This document shows positions 23,104 through 35,801 of a stretch of DNA of 64,000 nucleotides, piece after piece. The position numbers and the translations under genes were made by a program. This DNA is from Setoptus koraiensis (taxonomy: Eukaryota; Animalia; Arthropoda): assembly GCA_048013815.1 (NCBI GenBank), contig CM106585.1, positions 5,580,001-5,644,000 of the forward strand. The letters are read 5' to 3'. The notes below the pieces were generated by a model that saw nothing but the letters and a program-made list of their open reading frames with translations, did no database searches and had not been told where the DNA came from. Numbering within the stretch: the stretch's first letter is position 1; each line of letters begins with the position of its first letter.

Positions 23104-25792
23104 GGCGTGTCTCCATTGTCGTCCGAAGAGATCCCTTTCTTTTCGGTGGACTGTGGAGGATCGACAATGGATTTCGCGCAACCCAAGTGTGCGTAATTGT
23201 ATTAGCGCGGCGCGATCAGCTTGTCATGAATTGTCGCCGTCGATTTCACGTCGGCGGACAAAAAATATGAGGTCATTCTGAGCGAGAAAATGCTGTGTTT
23301 ACAGCCGTCGCAGGCTTAATGAAACGGTTATGTTTTGTCAGAATAGATAAGAGCCTAGTGTCAACTTGATAGTTGTCAATCACTGCCAATTCAAGCGTTA
23401 AGCGTCATTGTGTGATGCGCCAATTGCACCCGACAAGACGCATATCCAGAGTTGTCGTATACTGTGTTAAGACCGACTGGCCATTGTGAGTGTGATGCGG
23501 CCAGAGTTTTACGACCGACAATTCTCACAGGATAAAAAATGATTACTTTCGTTGTTGGGTGTGAGATGATAGCTGAGAGATGTGAGCGGTGAGCGGTGCC
23601 AGTGAGACACACTGACTCAACTTGAGACAATTCGAGACAAAAATAATAATGATAATCATTATCGCAATTTATTTATATAACAATATCAAATTTCATCAGG
23701 GGCGATTATGTCAAGTGACAAGAGAAGCAGAAACAGATAGACAGACAGAGAGATATTAATAGAGTCGGTTATTTATGACACTGACCTTGCCATCGCCAGC
23801 CAGATAACACTGCAACTGACTTATAAGTGTTTTTGCTGCTGGACAGGCTCAAATATGTGATACTTTGGCGCTTATTATACATTCATTGTACGAATTCCAG
23901 TTAGTCCATTGAATAACGGCGCCAGTTAACGGCTGCAGTATAATTCGCAAATATCATCCAGATATTCATCATATCGCTGATACCTGCGAACACACACACC
24001 ACAGTATACAATAATAATAAATTGTATTGATGTGATACGTTTTATATGTCAGTGTGTCCCCCCTCGCTGGCTCGCTACTCCTCTCATTCATGCATTTATA
24101 CATGGTGCTCGTATGTTATATGTTACGTTATGTTTCCAAAATGAATACACTTAAATACAAATAAACTTGCACACAAACAAACCACCTGTTTCGGTGATCT
24201 AGATTATTTATGAAGATGAAGAGTGCAATTGAAAACACACACACACACACACCAATTCTTTCTTGAGTGAGAGAGATGGACATTTGTATCATTTGTCTTG
24301 AGTCTGCAACACTTGAACTATTAACTCGTTGACTAAGGCCAAGCGAGATGAAATAGAATGAGTTATTGGAATTACACCTAGACAACTAAGTGAGTCTCAT
24401 CATATCCATCTCTGTTTGTGTTTAATCTCTCTCGCTCGCTCTCTCCACACAAACAACATAATTCTTCGCCTCTTATCTAACTTTATTCCCAAACAAACAA
24501 AGTTAGATAGATTATGCTGATTATTGCTGCACTGGCCGGTGGCTCGCTCATTATTCGTACTCTAATTGATAGCGGTGGTGGTGGTGGTGTTTTCCATCAT
24601 AGGATAAGATAGATGGGATAGATGGGACTATTATTAAGATCCGCACACTTTATCATCAGATTGAATGTCCCATAGACTCTGTCGCCCATTTTCTTTGCCA
24701 CACTTTTATCAAGTCCGAGCAACGAAATTATGTAATGCGGATCAACGATTTAGTTGGGTCATCTCACTAACTTAGTAGATAGAAAGTATCATTGCAAACA
24801 GTAACAGTAGCACTGGCAAACGTCATCTCTTTCTCTCTCTCTCTCTCTCACATCCTTGACCATCATCATCCTTTCCATATAGCTGCTGATAATAAAGTAG
24901 TTGCCATACAACGACAAACTAATGTCAGCATAATTATGAGTGGCGTCTGATGAGAGATAAGTTTTTTTTTTGTCAAATGCACCAATCAAGAACAAGTTAT
25001 GGCCGACGGTCATAACTGTGTGAGTTGCAGTTGCCGTTTCAATTTCAGTTTTTCGTCTGCTTGTGCTCTTATATATTCACTAGTAGCCACATTGATGATA
25101 TGACGCAATCATAACCGCCGTTACAGTCTAGCAACAAAGGTATGGCGCAATATGAAACTAGTCGATCGATGTAATGAAGAAAAACGTTTTGTCGACTGTC
25201 TTCTTCACTCTGGTTGCACTTGTGGGTGCACCTTGATTATGAGCCGACATTACGTAAGAACAACAACAACAACAACAAAATGTTCTTGATATTGTATAGT
25301 TCACCTGTACACCCAAGCCACATTCACCTGTTAGGCTGCGCATAGCGAGAGTGCGAAAGTCCTGGTCATTGGCGACGAGCTGAAACTTGCTGTGTGCAAT
25401 TAACGTGTGTTTCAACGATGATGACTGTTATTATTATCATTACTATTATTATTATTATCATTATCTTACGAAAAAGATTGAACAACAACAAAAAGTTATA
25501 TTTATATATGCAACTCTACTAACTATACATAGCTTGCCGCATGGAGGGATTAAGTTGATTACATCAATTAATTGAGTGTGTAGGTGCGAATGAAAAGGCG
25601 ATCATCTTGTTGTCATTTTTGGTGGCGCCGTTGCTGCCGTTGCTGCTGCTGCTGCTGTGTTAATGACGATCAGTAGTAATTAGGTGTACAATTAACGTAT
25701 GCATGCTTGTATACTTGTATCTGTATCATTATGATTGTGATGCTGTCTAGCCGTTTGTTTTGCTTTGTTTTGTTGTGATTTGATTTGATTAT

Positions 25793-27151
25793 TCAGGGAC
25801 AGTTAAGAGTGGACTCCACAAGACAGCCAACTGCCCCGAAGTAGCCCTCGTGTTCGAGGAATAACGCCTTCATGGCGCCCTGAGACCAATAATCCATGGC
25901 GTAAGATAATAATTTCATTGATAGTTGATTGACACGCAAAAAGTTGCCAATGAAAACAACTCGCTCAATGCCGGCATTCATGGCGCACATACGAGCTATT
26001 GAACCCAAATTAATTGTCACCATAACTAATGTTGCTCTAGCTAAATCCTCTCTACTAACCGAATCACGCTTATCGCCTGAGATCATATGACCAAAACTGC
26101 TAGCAACCGTGTCGCCCGTAAGACCAAACTTTGGATAGTCGCCACCATAAATATCTTTGACTAATTTGTCGACGTTGGTAGAGTTGCCGCAATTGGCCAA
26201 TTTAATGGCCTCGTCAAACGTACTGCAGCCCGTCAATAAACAACACAAACCGAGAAACGTTCCGCCGCCAATGCTAGAGCCCGATATGCGGCTGTATTGG
26301 GTGGGCGAAGTGACCGCCAATATGCTGACGCCCGACCCAATGTTGACCACTAAATAGGGATAGGGCCGGCTGAAATCGTAGGCGCACTTTGTGCACTGTC
26401 TGTCATTTAGGGGCTCCTGTAAATAGTAACATTCGCTTGGATTGTATTTATCAATATAATGTATGCCGTGTATGACACTGTCGAGCTCGTCAGATTTGCT
26501 TAAATCAATGTTCAATTCGCGCTTAATATCCTGCTCGAATTTGTATGCACCGCCACCTGTCGCACAAACACGATTAATCATATTGGCTAGACCCTTAGAT
26601 TTGGACATGTGCAAAAACATGGGCATTTGGCTTGTCGAAAAGCGTATGAAATGCAATGTGCCGCTACGCTTTTGTATTACGCAATTAGCCATCTCCAAAT
26701 GGGCGTCCCGTCGGCCTGTCGTGCCGTACGCTTTTGTGGATTTCAGATAGCGTCTGATCCTTCTCAATGTGGGCAGTTCCTCTTTTGAGGCCTCGCGAGG
26801 ATCGAAAAATACAATTTTAACCAGAGAGCCGCCAACATCGATACCGAACCAGGGCATGTTGGCGCCATCTATCAGTAGAGGCCTCTTTCTGGGCGTTACG
26901 TAAGTTATAGAGTGGCCATTGCTATCATGGTTGTTGTTGTTGTTGTTGTTATTGTTGTTGTTATTATTATCGTCTAGTGTCTCAGTGTTGATGGGTTGCT
27001 GGTGCTGTTGCTGGCTATTAGGGCCACCAACACTATGAGTGGCATCTCTGGAACGTCTCTGACGCAAACGATTTTGAACCACCGGTCGGTGATGATGCTG
27101 ATCTTGGGCCATTGTAAATCGTCTCCACCCTTCGTATGACCTTTTATCCAT
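25793..27151 (-). CDS. PANK: Type II pantothenate kinase (fumble/PanK), intronless, with poly-Asn N-terminal extension
   Basis: [71 protein letters not shown]. Confidence 0.96.
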   Translation of the reverse strand: MDKRSYEGWRRFTMAQDQHHHRPVVQNRLRQRRSRDATHSVGGPNSQQQHQQPINTETLDDNNNNNNNNNNNNNHDSNGHSITYVTPRKRPLLIDGANMPWFGIDVGGSLVKIVFFDPREASKEELPTLRRIRRYLKSTKAYGTTGRRDAHLEMANCVIQKRSGTLHFIRFSTSQMPMFLHMSKSKGLANMINRVCATGGGAYKFEQDIKRELNIDLSKSDELDSVIHGIHYIDKYNPSECYYLQEPLNDRQCTKCAYDFSRPYPYLVVNIGSGVSILAVTSPTQYSRISGSSIGGGTFLGLCCLLTGCSTFDEAIKLANCGNSTNVDKLVKDIYGGDYPKFGLTGDTVASSFGHMISGDKRDSVSREDLARATLVMVTINLGSIARMCAMNAGIERVVFIGNFLRVNQLSMKLLSYAMDYWSQGAMKALFLEHEGYFGAVGCLVESTLNCP

Positions 27152-28750
27152 CGAGAAAAAGAATGATAGCCGCGGTACAATTATGCTGGCAATTGTACGA
27201 TGAAACGCTCTACTCTAATTGCCTATGCGGTGTCGTGTTGTTACGTAATTTTGACTACTCAATTGACCATAACATTTTGGCCATGTATGTTTTGCTTCTC
27301 TAAGTGTCTAAATATATAAATAAAGTTGAATTAGTTGTTGAGAGCTGATTTACTAAAATACAAATCATACACGTTCAGGTTGGGTCGCGGGCTGACAAAT
27401 AAACCCGACGAGGCAATCAGGCCAGCGTGTGCCTCCCTTAATTGTAACACCTGTTATTTGGGACAATTTTAACTTCAATACGACGGCCACCTTTGTTGGT
27501 AGTCCATAAAGACGCTGACCAATATTTTTGGGTTTACGATCATTAGATCGTGGTCCTAATCACAATTGTTGACAACACAAAAGGCGCTGGCGACTATGTG
27601 TTTTTAGATTTGTTTCAACTACCAGCTTCGGTACCTACTAACATCTATAATGTACTAATAGTTTTTTTCTTCTTCTCATATGTACTTTTTACAGTCGGTG
27701 TTGTCACTGATGATGATCATGATGTTGTTGTTGTTGTTGTCGCTGTTGTTGTTATTGTCGCACTAATACCGCTGCTACTGATGATGTTGTTCAAGAGATG
27801 AATACAAATAAACACCATCATTATCGTAACCATATGTGTGCTATTATGCGATTGTTTCATATCAAATCACAAATTTGATAACTCTCTCTGTCTACCATGG
27901 TATTATAAAACAAAATGTTAGTAATATGGCATATTTGTTTATTATATGCCATTATGTGATGTATATAAGTAAGTAAACCTGTGCTCGGCTAGCTGGCTTC
28001 AGCGCCAAATAATACACTAATGAGCCCGCCTCAATTATCATCAAGTGTGCAATAGTCTATCTTGCCATCTATCTGCCTCTTGAAATCTTTGTGCGGCTCT
28101 CTCTTGTAATAACATTAGTAATAAACTAACCACTTGTTGTTAGTTGATATAACCATAGAAGAAAACAACTACAACATCGCGCGCATACGTTAAAATCGTG
28201 TTCTATAGATAATCAATAGATGAAGTAGATATGATGAGAGAGATAAAGTTGGTAGTTAGCTAATTTATCATCCCCCACACTTAAGAAATCCTAATTCTGC
28301 TCAGTCCCAATCTCAACAATCCGGCTCTAGTGGTGGTATATCCGTCTAAATCTCCTCCCAACAAATCGCCATTTTAGATCAAATAAAGAAAATTTTATCA
28401 TGACAACGTTGATGACAAAAGCCTCTGTGTGATTCTACAGCTTTATGACCAGGCGAAGTTTATTCTGTTGTGTAGAGTTAATCAGAAATAACTGATTCTC
28501 AAATAAAAATAATAAAAAAAAACATTCTTTGTCCTCAATTAGTTTCTACCAGTGGTCCTCGTGAAATCACCTCATAAGCGTCATGACCAAGAAGGTGGAC
28601 GGGATAGTATTCTCTACCGGTTATTGTTCACTACTTGAAAGATACGGTAAACAACTTTTAGTTTACCGATACCAATACAATCACTGCCTTACTATCAATA
28701 CTGTAGTTAAAATCTCACTACTATGCAATGCCAAGTTGTTCACTGTTTGT

Positions 28751-29926
28751 TTATTCAAGTAACAACTCGTCTAGGCTCCTGGGCAACCATTGGTTATTAA
28801 CTTCGCAGTATATTACTTTGTTGTCAAGATAAACTTTATGGTAACTTCTATCATCGCCCAATTTGTAAATTTGCTTACAATCATGGCTTTTTCCTAGCAT
28901 CGGCATGAATTGAAGTCCTTTGCTTGTTACCCGCTGCTCAATCAACTCTTTGAAATTCATGCTACTACTATCGACAGTAGGCCCTGCACTGGACATGGAC
29001 TGATTGTTTCTCAGCTTATACTTTGCATAAACAGTATATTTGAATGAGCTTAGTTCCTCGTGTCTAGTTACAGCAGTGTTCAAAAGATCCAAAACACACC
29101 GACGAAAGTATTTCATTGTGTCTAAGTTAAGAAGATTGCTTAATGATTTCTTCCATTCAAGGTACCAATCGGCAACACGGTTGTAATCGGGCAAAGTGAG
29201 GAGCCATCTCTTCAGTACACGTATATAGTTTCTGCAAAATATCTTATCCAATGACTCAATCGGTCTTGTCGAGGAATCTTTAAACAGCCTTTGTAAAATA
29301 GGGAAGGCAAATGTTTGTATTAAGTAATCATGATATCGGGGTGTTATGGATGGTATCGATTTGAGAATGTCCCAGAAGTATTCCATGTCAAGTTTTTGAT
29401 TACTTTCCAATGTCTGAAGATTCTTCATTGCTTCAAGAACAACTTGAGAATCGGATATCTGAGTATTTTTCTTATCGAGATCTTCATACAATAAACTCAA
29501 CTCTTGTTCATAGCATTTCCTTTTTTGGATCTCTTGTTCAATCAAACATTGAGTTTCAGCAATGTATTTTTGGTTGGAAGTTATCAATAGTTTTAGAATA
29601 CGACGTACTTCATCCTGTTGTTCGACTTCATTCGCATCGGATGCTATAGACCCAGACTCCTCGTCAGTATCCTCCTCAAAGTCATGAATGTAATTCAATT
29701 CACTCCTGTAATCTTTTTCTGGTTCCTCTCGTTGGTCCTTGTTTTTTCGTTTAAAACCTAGAGTCCCCCTGCCCTTGCACACCTCGACCTGTATCGGCTC
29801 AGTTATGCCCTTGCTATCTTTGCCCAGTCCTTGACCCGGCTTGTAGCCCATTTTCTCCAACAACTTGGAGCCGATCCCCTTGGTGTGTTTCTCCCATTCT
29901 CCGATAGAGTTGGTGGATTTGGCCAT
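28751..29926 (-). CDS. TFIP11: Tuftelin-interacting protein 11 (TFIP11/STIP/Ntr1), G-patch, miniaturised to 391 aa
   Basis: G-patch WEKHTKGIGSKLLEKMGYKPGQGLGKDSKGITEPI; WYLEWK; C-terminus FKELIEQRVTSKGLQFMPMLGKSHDCKQIYKLG...WLPRSLDELL matches the TFIP11 C-terminal domain. Confidence 0.88.
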   Translation of the reverse strand: MAKSTNSIGEWEKHTKGIGSKLLEKMGYKPGQGLGKDSKGITEPIQVEVCKGRGTLGFKRKNKDQREEPEKDYRSELNYIHDFEEDTDEESGSIASDANEVEQQDEVRRILKLLITSNQKYIAETQCLIEQEIQKRKCYEQELSLLYEDLDKKNTQISDSQVVLEAMKNLQTLESNQKLDMEYFWDILKSIPSITPRYHDYLIQTFAFPILQRLFKDSSTRPIESLDKIFCRNYIRVLKRWLLTLPDYNRVADWYLEWKKSLSNLLNLDTMKYFRRCVLDLLNTAVTRHEELSSFKYTVYAKYKLRNNQSMSSAGPTVDSSSMNFKELIEQRVTSKGLQFMPMLGKSHDCKQIYKLGDDRSYHKVYLDNKVIYCEVNNQWLPRSLDELLLE

Positions 29927-31167
29927 CTTTTTTTTGTGCGTACAATCTAATCGTAGATTATTAGAGTATTAATCTCAGCATAGACTCAATAGTTTTAATA
30001 AATATTTATATATTTGTATATACAAACTCTGACAGTGTTTCTCCATTTGAAGCCGACAATGGAGAGAAGAGAAAAAAAAAATACAACCGCATGCTGACAA
30101 CCATATGATCCAAAGACATGCGAGAGCGCGCACAATTGTTTGTTTTGAAACGCGCTTCTTGTTCGTTTACATCATGGTCTCACAAGTGAGTGTTGTCAGT
30201 GTTTTGTTGAAGATGGTGTCGGCGGAGAGATTATTTTCCCTGTTGTCCGATAATGTGAATCTCTCCGAACTGTGGATTCACCAAAAAAATACGGGTGACA
30301 TGTATCCAAATATTGACAATATTTTGTTAATGCTACCACAGTAGCAGATGTGCGCGATTGATTTCCAAATTGGAAATTCCAACGGGATAGATCCGAGAGA
30401 ATAACATTTCTTGAACGAACACTTGATTTCATCAATTGATTAATATTCATCGATTGCGTTCCCCAGTCTCGACGCTTATAGAGACGGAACGCCCGATGTT
30501 CGTTCGACAAAAGTCACACAGAGGGCCAGTTGGCCGAACCAAATTCACCTGGTGAAATCTCGTTCATCATAGTTCGCCCGGAATAAAACGACATAAGACC
30601 CGGTGACGGTAATAAGGTGCACGATTGTTCGGTCGAGACGTTCGCTCGCATTCGTTCGATCAAGACGTTAGCTTGCATTCGAGTATCGAAGGATCGAGCT
30701 TGACTGGCTGACAATTGGAGAAAACAACAATCAAACAAAAGTTGGCTCGGACAACTTGAACAGACACACCCCCGTGCATCACGATGGCCAAAAGAACTCT
30801 TTAATGCCCCAGTAGCGCTCTCGTCGCCAGCGTTTAGTTATGCCAGTGCGGGATTGAATGCATAGCTGTCGCTGGTGGGCTCGCATGCCCACATTACATG
30901 TGTACATTTATAGGAAATTTCAGGTTACCGACATTCGCTCACATGATGCATCGCATTTAATTATACACCAATGCCCTGCGTGTGTATTGTCTAAAATTGG
31001 TCGAATGTAATTTATGAATTGTCGCACATCTACAATGACATAACTGATTTTACCCGCATCATCATTGTGTGTCGATATATATTTTATTAATAAGCTGAAA
31101 ATTCATTCTTCAAATAGCCACTTCTGATGTCCAAAAATAGAGCCAACTTACAATAATTATTATCATC

Positions 31168-34100
31168 ATGAAGATCCGTGCTTTAAACGAACAAGATGCC
31201 GTTAGTCTGACCTCGGAGGAGAGCCAAAATGACAGCCAAGTTGTGATAACACGAGAGGCTCGAGAGGATAAATATTTTGAGTCATACAAAGAGGCTCTAG
31301 CAGCCATCAAATTGTCCAACAAGGACACCGCTAGGAATATTCTCGAGGACCTTGCAGAACAATTGGAAAGTGTTGAACAAAGTGAGGATGACCTGTACAA
31401 ACTCAAGTATTCCGTCTTGAAAAATCTCGCTTTATTAAATGATTGCGATGTCAGTGATTATTTAGATGCCCTAAAGATTGACGACACAGATGTTAGTCTA
31501 TGGATTAAAACAGGTGATTGTGCTATGAAGGAGGGCGACACATCGTTTGCTAGACTCAGTTATGAGAAAGCTTTATCCCTCAATCCGAGAAACTGGTTGG
31601 CCGTGGATCACCTTCTAGACTGTTATTACATATTAGATTTATTTTCAGATCTGTACGATCTCTGCCTCAGTATATTAGATTCAAATCCGGCTTACAAGAA
31701 AGCCACAATTCTTTTACAAGACTGTATGAGATCGGGTATTGGTAGATCTCTGTATGCTGGTCAATCAGTGACAAAAAAATCGAATCTCTCCTACGTTGAT
31801 ATGCAAACTGTTTTGGAACCACTCAATGAACTCAAGAAAAAACGACAGCAAATCTACGAGGATGACCAAAAGAAGGTCAAACGGACAAGGATTGCTCTGA
31901 ATCTGGATACCACTAGAACTCAATCTCTAAATTCGTTCATTAATTATCTACTCAAGACCTATGAGCGTTTTTACAAACAAGGTCTAACGAGTCTGACCCC
32001 AATAGATATATCTGTGAACTCGTCTTTGGCTAACAGCACATCAACAAACCAAATTATTGGCTCAAGCATGATGGATACAATGCCAGATTCAGGCAACAGT
32101 AATTGCAATAGTGATGGGAACTATGAATCGGAAAAGTCCAAGAATGATGTTACCATGGCTGATGAGAGTGATGCCAACAAATCCAACAGCAAGGCTAACA
32201 AGACAAATTCTTCCAATAATAGAATTAGCAATACATCTTTTTCTCATTTACTTTTTCCGGTAGAGTTCAGTGACAAGAGGCGATCAAGTAGAAATCGGTC
32301 CGCATCCAATCATCCTGATCTTTATAATGAAAAAATAAAGTTTGACGAATTGAATGATCTCTTGCCGATCGACATTCGAATCGGCGCTTTAGAGCGACTA
32401 CAATACAAAGAAAAAGAGGCTGCAAAAAAGAAAGAAAATGAAGAGAAGGTTGAAGAAGACACAACTCATGAAAGTACCTTAGAGGCTGAAAAAGAAAGTC
32501 AGATAATTCAGGATATTGCGGAGGCAATCTGCCGAGAAAAAGATAAAAGTCAAGCTCAGAGAACCAACATGAAGTTCCATGAAATCCTGAATGTGATTCT
32601 TACAAAACTAGCATCGAAAAAACACAACATTTTGCCGGACATCTTCTCCAAATTATACAGAATATACAGATCCATATCGGCACTTCCTAATGATGCTTTC
32701 TTTGAGATAAATACACCAAATGGGATCGCTATCGAAGAATTATGGTTGAGTTTGGCCGCAAACGAAATGTGTTTTGATTTCAAAGAATGCTCTTTTCTGT
32801 TGCGTGCCCTAGATCAACTGAGTCTTCATTTGGAAGCCAATCAGCATAAGGAATTTTTGGTTCGGCTCTTCTTGGTGATGGGCATCAATAAAAGTAGACA
32901 AGAGTACCTCGAAGCTGCTCTATCGGAGCTCAACGAAGACACTAAGATCTATGCATCAAAAAGAAAAGTTATCACGAGAGCTTATATCAAAACTCTAATT
33001 GAAAGCATGGATCAGGATGATTCTATCATAGCTATCTCTGAAGATATAGACAATTCTCATGATCTCATAAACACCTTGTCAACAAAATCTGAGACAGAAA
33101 TGAGCGACAAAGAGATATCTGCCCTGTGTACTGCTATAGTAAACACCCAGCTATGGCAACGCGGATTAGATATTCTCAACAAACGTAAAGATATCAACTC
33201 AGACATACTTATCGACACAATAAATACCTGCCTCAAGAATGGAGCTATGATGGACGCTCTCTTAGCGACGAAACTATGCAAAGAAGCCATCAATGGTAAT
33301 AAACCGAGAATCTGGACTTGCTTGTATAGGGGATGGATGTCGCTACTTTTAACAGAAAAAGATCTCAGTGATGACGATATCGACAAAATGGATAGGTTCT
33401 TTGCTCTGGGACACCAGACCCTAGGAAAACGGGGTGTGTGTACTTCAGATAGTGGAGAGTTTCTGATGTTATTCATCAAGCATTCAACTGCAGATCGTGA
33501 TGACTATGATGAACGAGAAGTTTCTAGCGCATGCAATTGCTTATTTGGATATCCGAACAAAAAGTCATCAAATACTTTGGCAGGACACAAACCGGCAAGA
33601 ATATCCCTGACTTGGGATCACGCCCAAACTATTTATCATTATTTTGTGCCTGATGAACTACCTACTTATCTGAGTCTATTACGAAAAGCAGGGTTGACTG
33701 GAGAATTGGAGCAACTTTTTAGAGAAATTGTGGCCATTGTCCCAAGTGAATATGATCCTAGTCCACTTGTTGCACCTATTAACGACTACATAGAAAAAGG
33801 TCAGGATTTGATTGAAGTTATAGATCTAGAGGAAGATCTGGTCCTTAAAAACATCTACTACTTCTTGGCTGATTACTATTTCAAGAACAAGGAATTTAGT
33901 CGCGCAAAACAATTCTACGCGTATGATTTGGCTCTTAACCCGAGCAGATTTGATTCATGGGCTGCTTCAGCTTTGATAAGAGCTAACGAGATAGACAAAG
34001 CGCTAACTAACGGAACTGTTTCTTGTGAAGACATAATTAGCGGTCCATTCCACCAATTAGCGTGTTCTGCATTGCGTTGCTTTGAACGAGCCACCAAATT

Positions 34101-35430
34101 AAATCCCAATGAGCACAAAGGAACTTTGTGGATTGAATATGGAAATCTCGCATACAACTTGAGTAGCCTTGCCATGAAACTTCACTCTCTGGCAAAATTC
34201 GATCATACACTCAATGAAACCGAGCTACCAGACATGAAAACATTGATGAAGCGTCACGATAGATACATTAATTTGGCATCTAGGTGTTTCAAGTCTGCAA
34301 ACAAGCTATGCCATTCTCAAGAGGTCTGGCTCCACTACTATATGCTAGGTAAAATAATTGAAAGAAGAGATGTATTTGGTGCTTTAAATTACTATGGCCA
34401 AGCCGACATAAACTTGTATCTAGAAGGGGCCTCCTACCCTAAGAAGATTCTTTACTATAATACGCCAGAGCTAGCTTATGAGGCTCTTGAAGTTCATTAT
34501 AGGATACATGCAGCGGCCCTTAAATTCTTGCTCTCTAGCTGTGGACCCACCGACGAACAGTTGAAGACATTAAAAAAGAATTTAATACAAGCACACAGAT
34601 CTCCATTTGTCAAGCAGACGCCAAAACCGGAACAGCAAGATCAAGTAGGTAATTCAATGCAATCAGACCAAACAGCAGAATTTAACTCCATAAAGAATGA
34701 AGTATCTGTACTACTGACGGATATATTGGAAGATGTGTGTAGTAACTCAGCCAATTTCGACTCATTAGTTTTTATGTGTCTCGATGGTATGAAACGTTGC
34801 CTGAGTCGGTATGACAAAAATTTCAAAGCTTTATATCGCGTGGCTCACTATTACAATAAGATAGAGGATCCTGTCATGGCTAGGGCAATCCTGATGTCGA
34901 ATGAAATACCATTAGATAGTCGTGTAATGAGTCTTTGTGGACAATCATCGTCTAGCCATCATAGATTGAGCTGGAGGACTGCACCACCGGATTTGCGAGG
35001 CATAGACTCCTTATTCAAGGATAGAAGACCGGGTAACTTATTCAACAATATCTGGCGAATACCTTCGGAAGAGGTCGACAGACCAGGCACTTTTGAACAT
35101 TGGATGTTTAAGTGTACTCACCTTCTTATCTGTGTGTGTACCAAACTATGTGATACTCAGATGTTGTGCAACATCGCATTTCAATTGAGCAAAACACCGG
35201 AGGCCAACAAAAAGTATTTGCACAATAGAGAGCGTGTACTTCTGGCACAATTTGCTGTTAAATCTATCATACTCGTTGCGACTCACACTGTGTCCAATGC
35301 GATGAAACCGGACGAAAAGCTATACTATAAGAGAGACTCTCTACAGATCGCTGACAGATTCATCAAGGCCAATATATTTGTTGATGATATGCAGGCTCTC
35401 ATTAATCATTTAGCCTCAATACCGATTTGA
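31168..35430 (+). CDS. CABIN1: Calcineurin-binding protein cabin-1 (HIRA chaperone complex subunit), TPR, 1420 aa, intronless
   Basis: N-terminus KIRALN; LKYSVLKNLA; DDTDVSLWIKTG; LSLNPRNWLAVDHL; RRSSRNR; IYYFLADYYFKNKEF; LNPSRFDSWA; WLHYYMLGKI; LEVHYRIHAAALK; YKALYRVAHYY; NLFNNIWRIP. Confidence 0.93.
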   Translation: MKIRALNEQDAVSLTSEESQNDSQVVITREAREDKYFESYKEALAAIKLSNKDTARNILEDLAEQLESVEQSEDDLYKLKYSVLKNLALLNDCDVSDYLDALKIDDTDVSLWIKTGDCAMKEGDTSFARLSYEKALSLNPRNWLAVDHLLDCYYILDLFSDLYDLCLSILDSNPAYKKATILLQDCMRSGIGRSLYAGQSVTKKSNLSYVDMQTVLEPLNELKKKRQQIYEDDQKKVKRTRIALNLDTTRTQSLNSFINYLLKTYERFYKQGLTSLTPIDISVNSSLANSTSTNQIIGSSMMDTMPDSGNSNCNSDGNYESEKSKNDVTMADESDANKSNSKANKTNSSNNRISNTSFSHLLFPVEFSDKRRSSRNRSASNHPDLYNEKIKFDELNDLLPIDIRIGALERLQYKEKEAAKKKENEEKVEEDTTHESTLEAEKESQIIQDIAEAICREKDKSQAQRTNMKFHEILNVILTKLASKKHNILPDIFSKLYRIYRSISALPNDAFFEINTPNGIAIEELWLSLAANEMCFDFKECSFLLRALDQLSLHLEANQHKEFLVRLFLVMGINKSRQEYLEAALSELNEDTKIYASKRKVITRAYIKTLIESMDQDDSIIAISEDIDNSHDLINTLSTKSETEMSDKEISALCTAIVNTQLWQRGLDILNKRKDINSDILIDTINTCLKNGAMMDALLATKLCKEAINGNKPRIWTCLYRGWMSLLLTEKDLSDDDIDKMDRFFALGHQTLGKRGVCTSDSGEFLMLFIKHSTADRDDYDEREVSSACNCLFGYPNKKSSNTLAGHKPARISLTWDHAQTIYHYFVPDELPTYLSLLRKAGLTGELEQLFREIVAIVPSEYDPSPLVAPINDYIEKGQDLIEVIDLEEDLVLKNIYYFLADYYFKNKEFSRAKQFYAYDLALNPSRFDSWAASALIRANEIDKALTNGTVSCEDIISGPFHQLACSALRCFERATKLNPNEHKGTLWIEYGNLAYNLSSLAMKLHSLAKFDHTLNETELPDMKTLMKRHDRYINLASRCFKSANKLCHSQEVWLHYYMLGKIIERRDVFGALNYYGQADINLYLEGASYPKKILYYNTPELAYEALEVHYRIHAAALKFLLSSCGPTDEQLKTLKKNLIQAHRSPFVKQTPKPEQQDQVGNSMQSDQTAEFNSIKNEVSVLLTDILEDVCSNSANFDSLVFMCLDGMKRCLSRYDKNFKALYRVAHYYNKIEDPVMARAILMSNEIPLDSRVMSLCGQSSSSHHRLSWRTAPPDLRGIDSLFKDRRPGNLFNNIWRIPSEEVDRPGTFEHWMFKCTHLLICVCTKLCDTQMLCNIAFQLSKTPEANKKYLHNRERVLLAQFAVKSIILVATHTVSNAMKPDEKLYYKRDSLQIADRFIKANIFVDDMQALINHLASIPI

Positions 35431-35801
35431 GATTTTCAATTGATTGTATATTGTTGAACCTTGGATTCATCCAAATTTAAAACGCCTCGCATGAGGCACC
35501 TGTAACAAACCTTTTTCAGTTTAAATGTGATTTATTTAGCAGTTTGTTTAGTTGCATTATCAATGATCACACCCGATCTTGAATCTATGGAATAAAGATC
35601 GCAACAGACGTACATGACACCTATGAGGAACAACCCAAAGATTGGTAGATCCTTCTGCTCGGTTAGATTTATCGAAACATTCTGGTTTTTTTAATTAGAT
35701 CGCCTATGATGTATGTGTCGCAGAGCATGAGTGTAAAAGAAACTTACTCAGCAATGTGTTGTTGTTTCTTCTAAAGACTGTTTTTGTATTTTGCCAATGG
35801 T

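Noticed and set aside
27550-27801. Hydrophobic 83-aa ORF as a membrane protein
   Set aside because: The hydrophobicity derives from GTT/TTG microsatellite and T-runs; non-ATG start.
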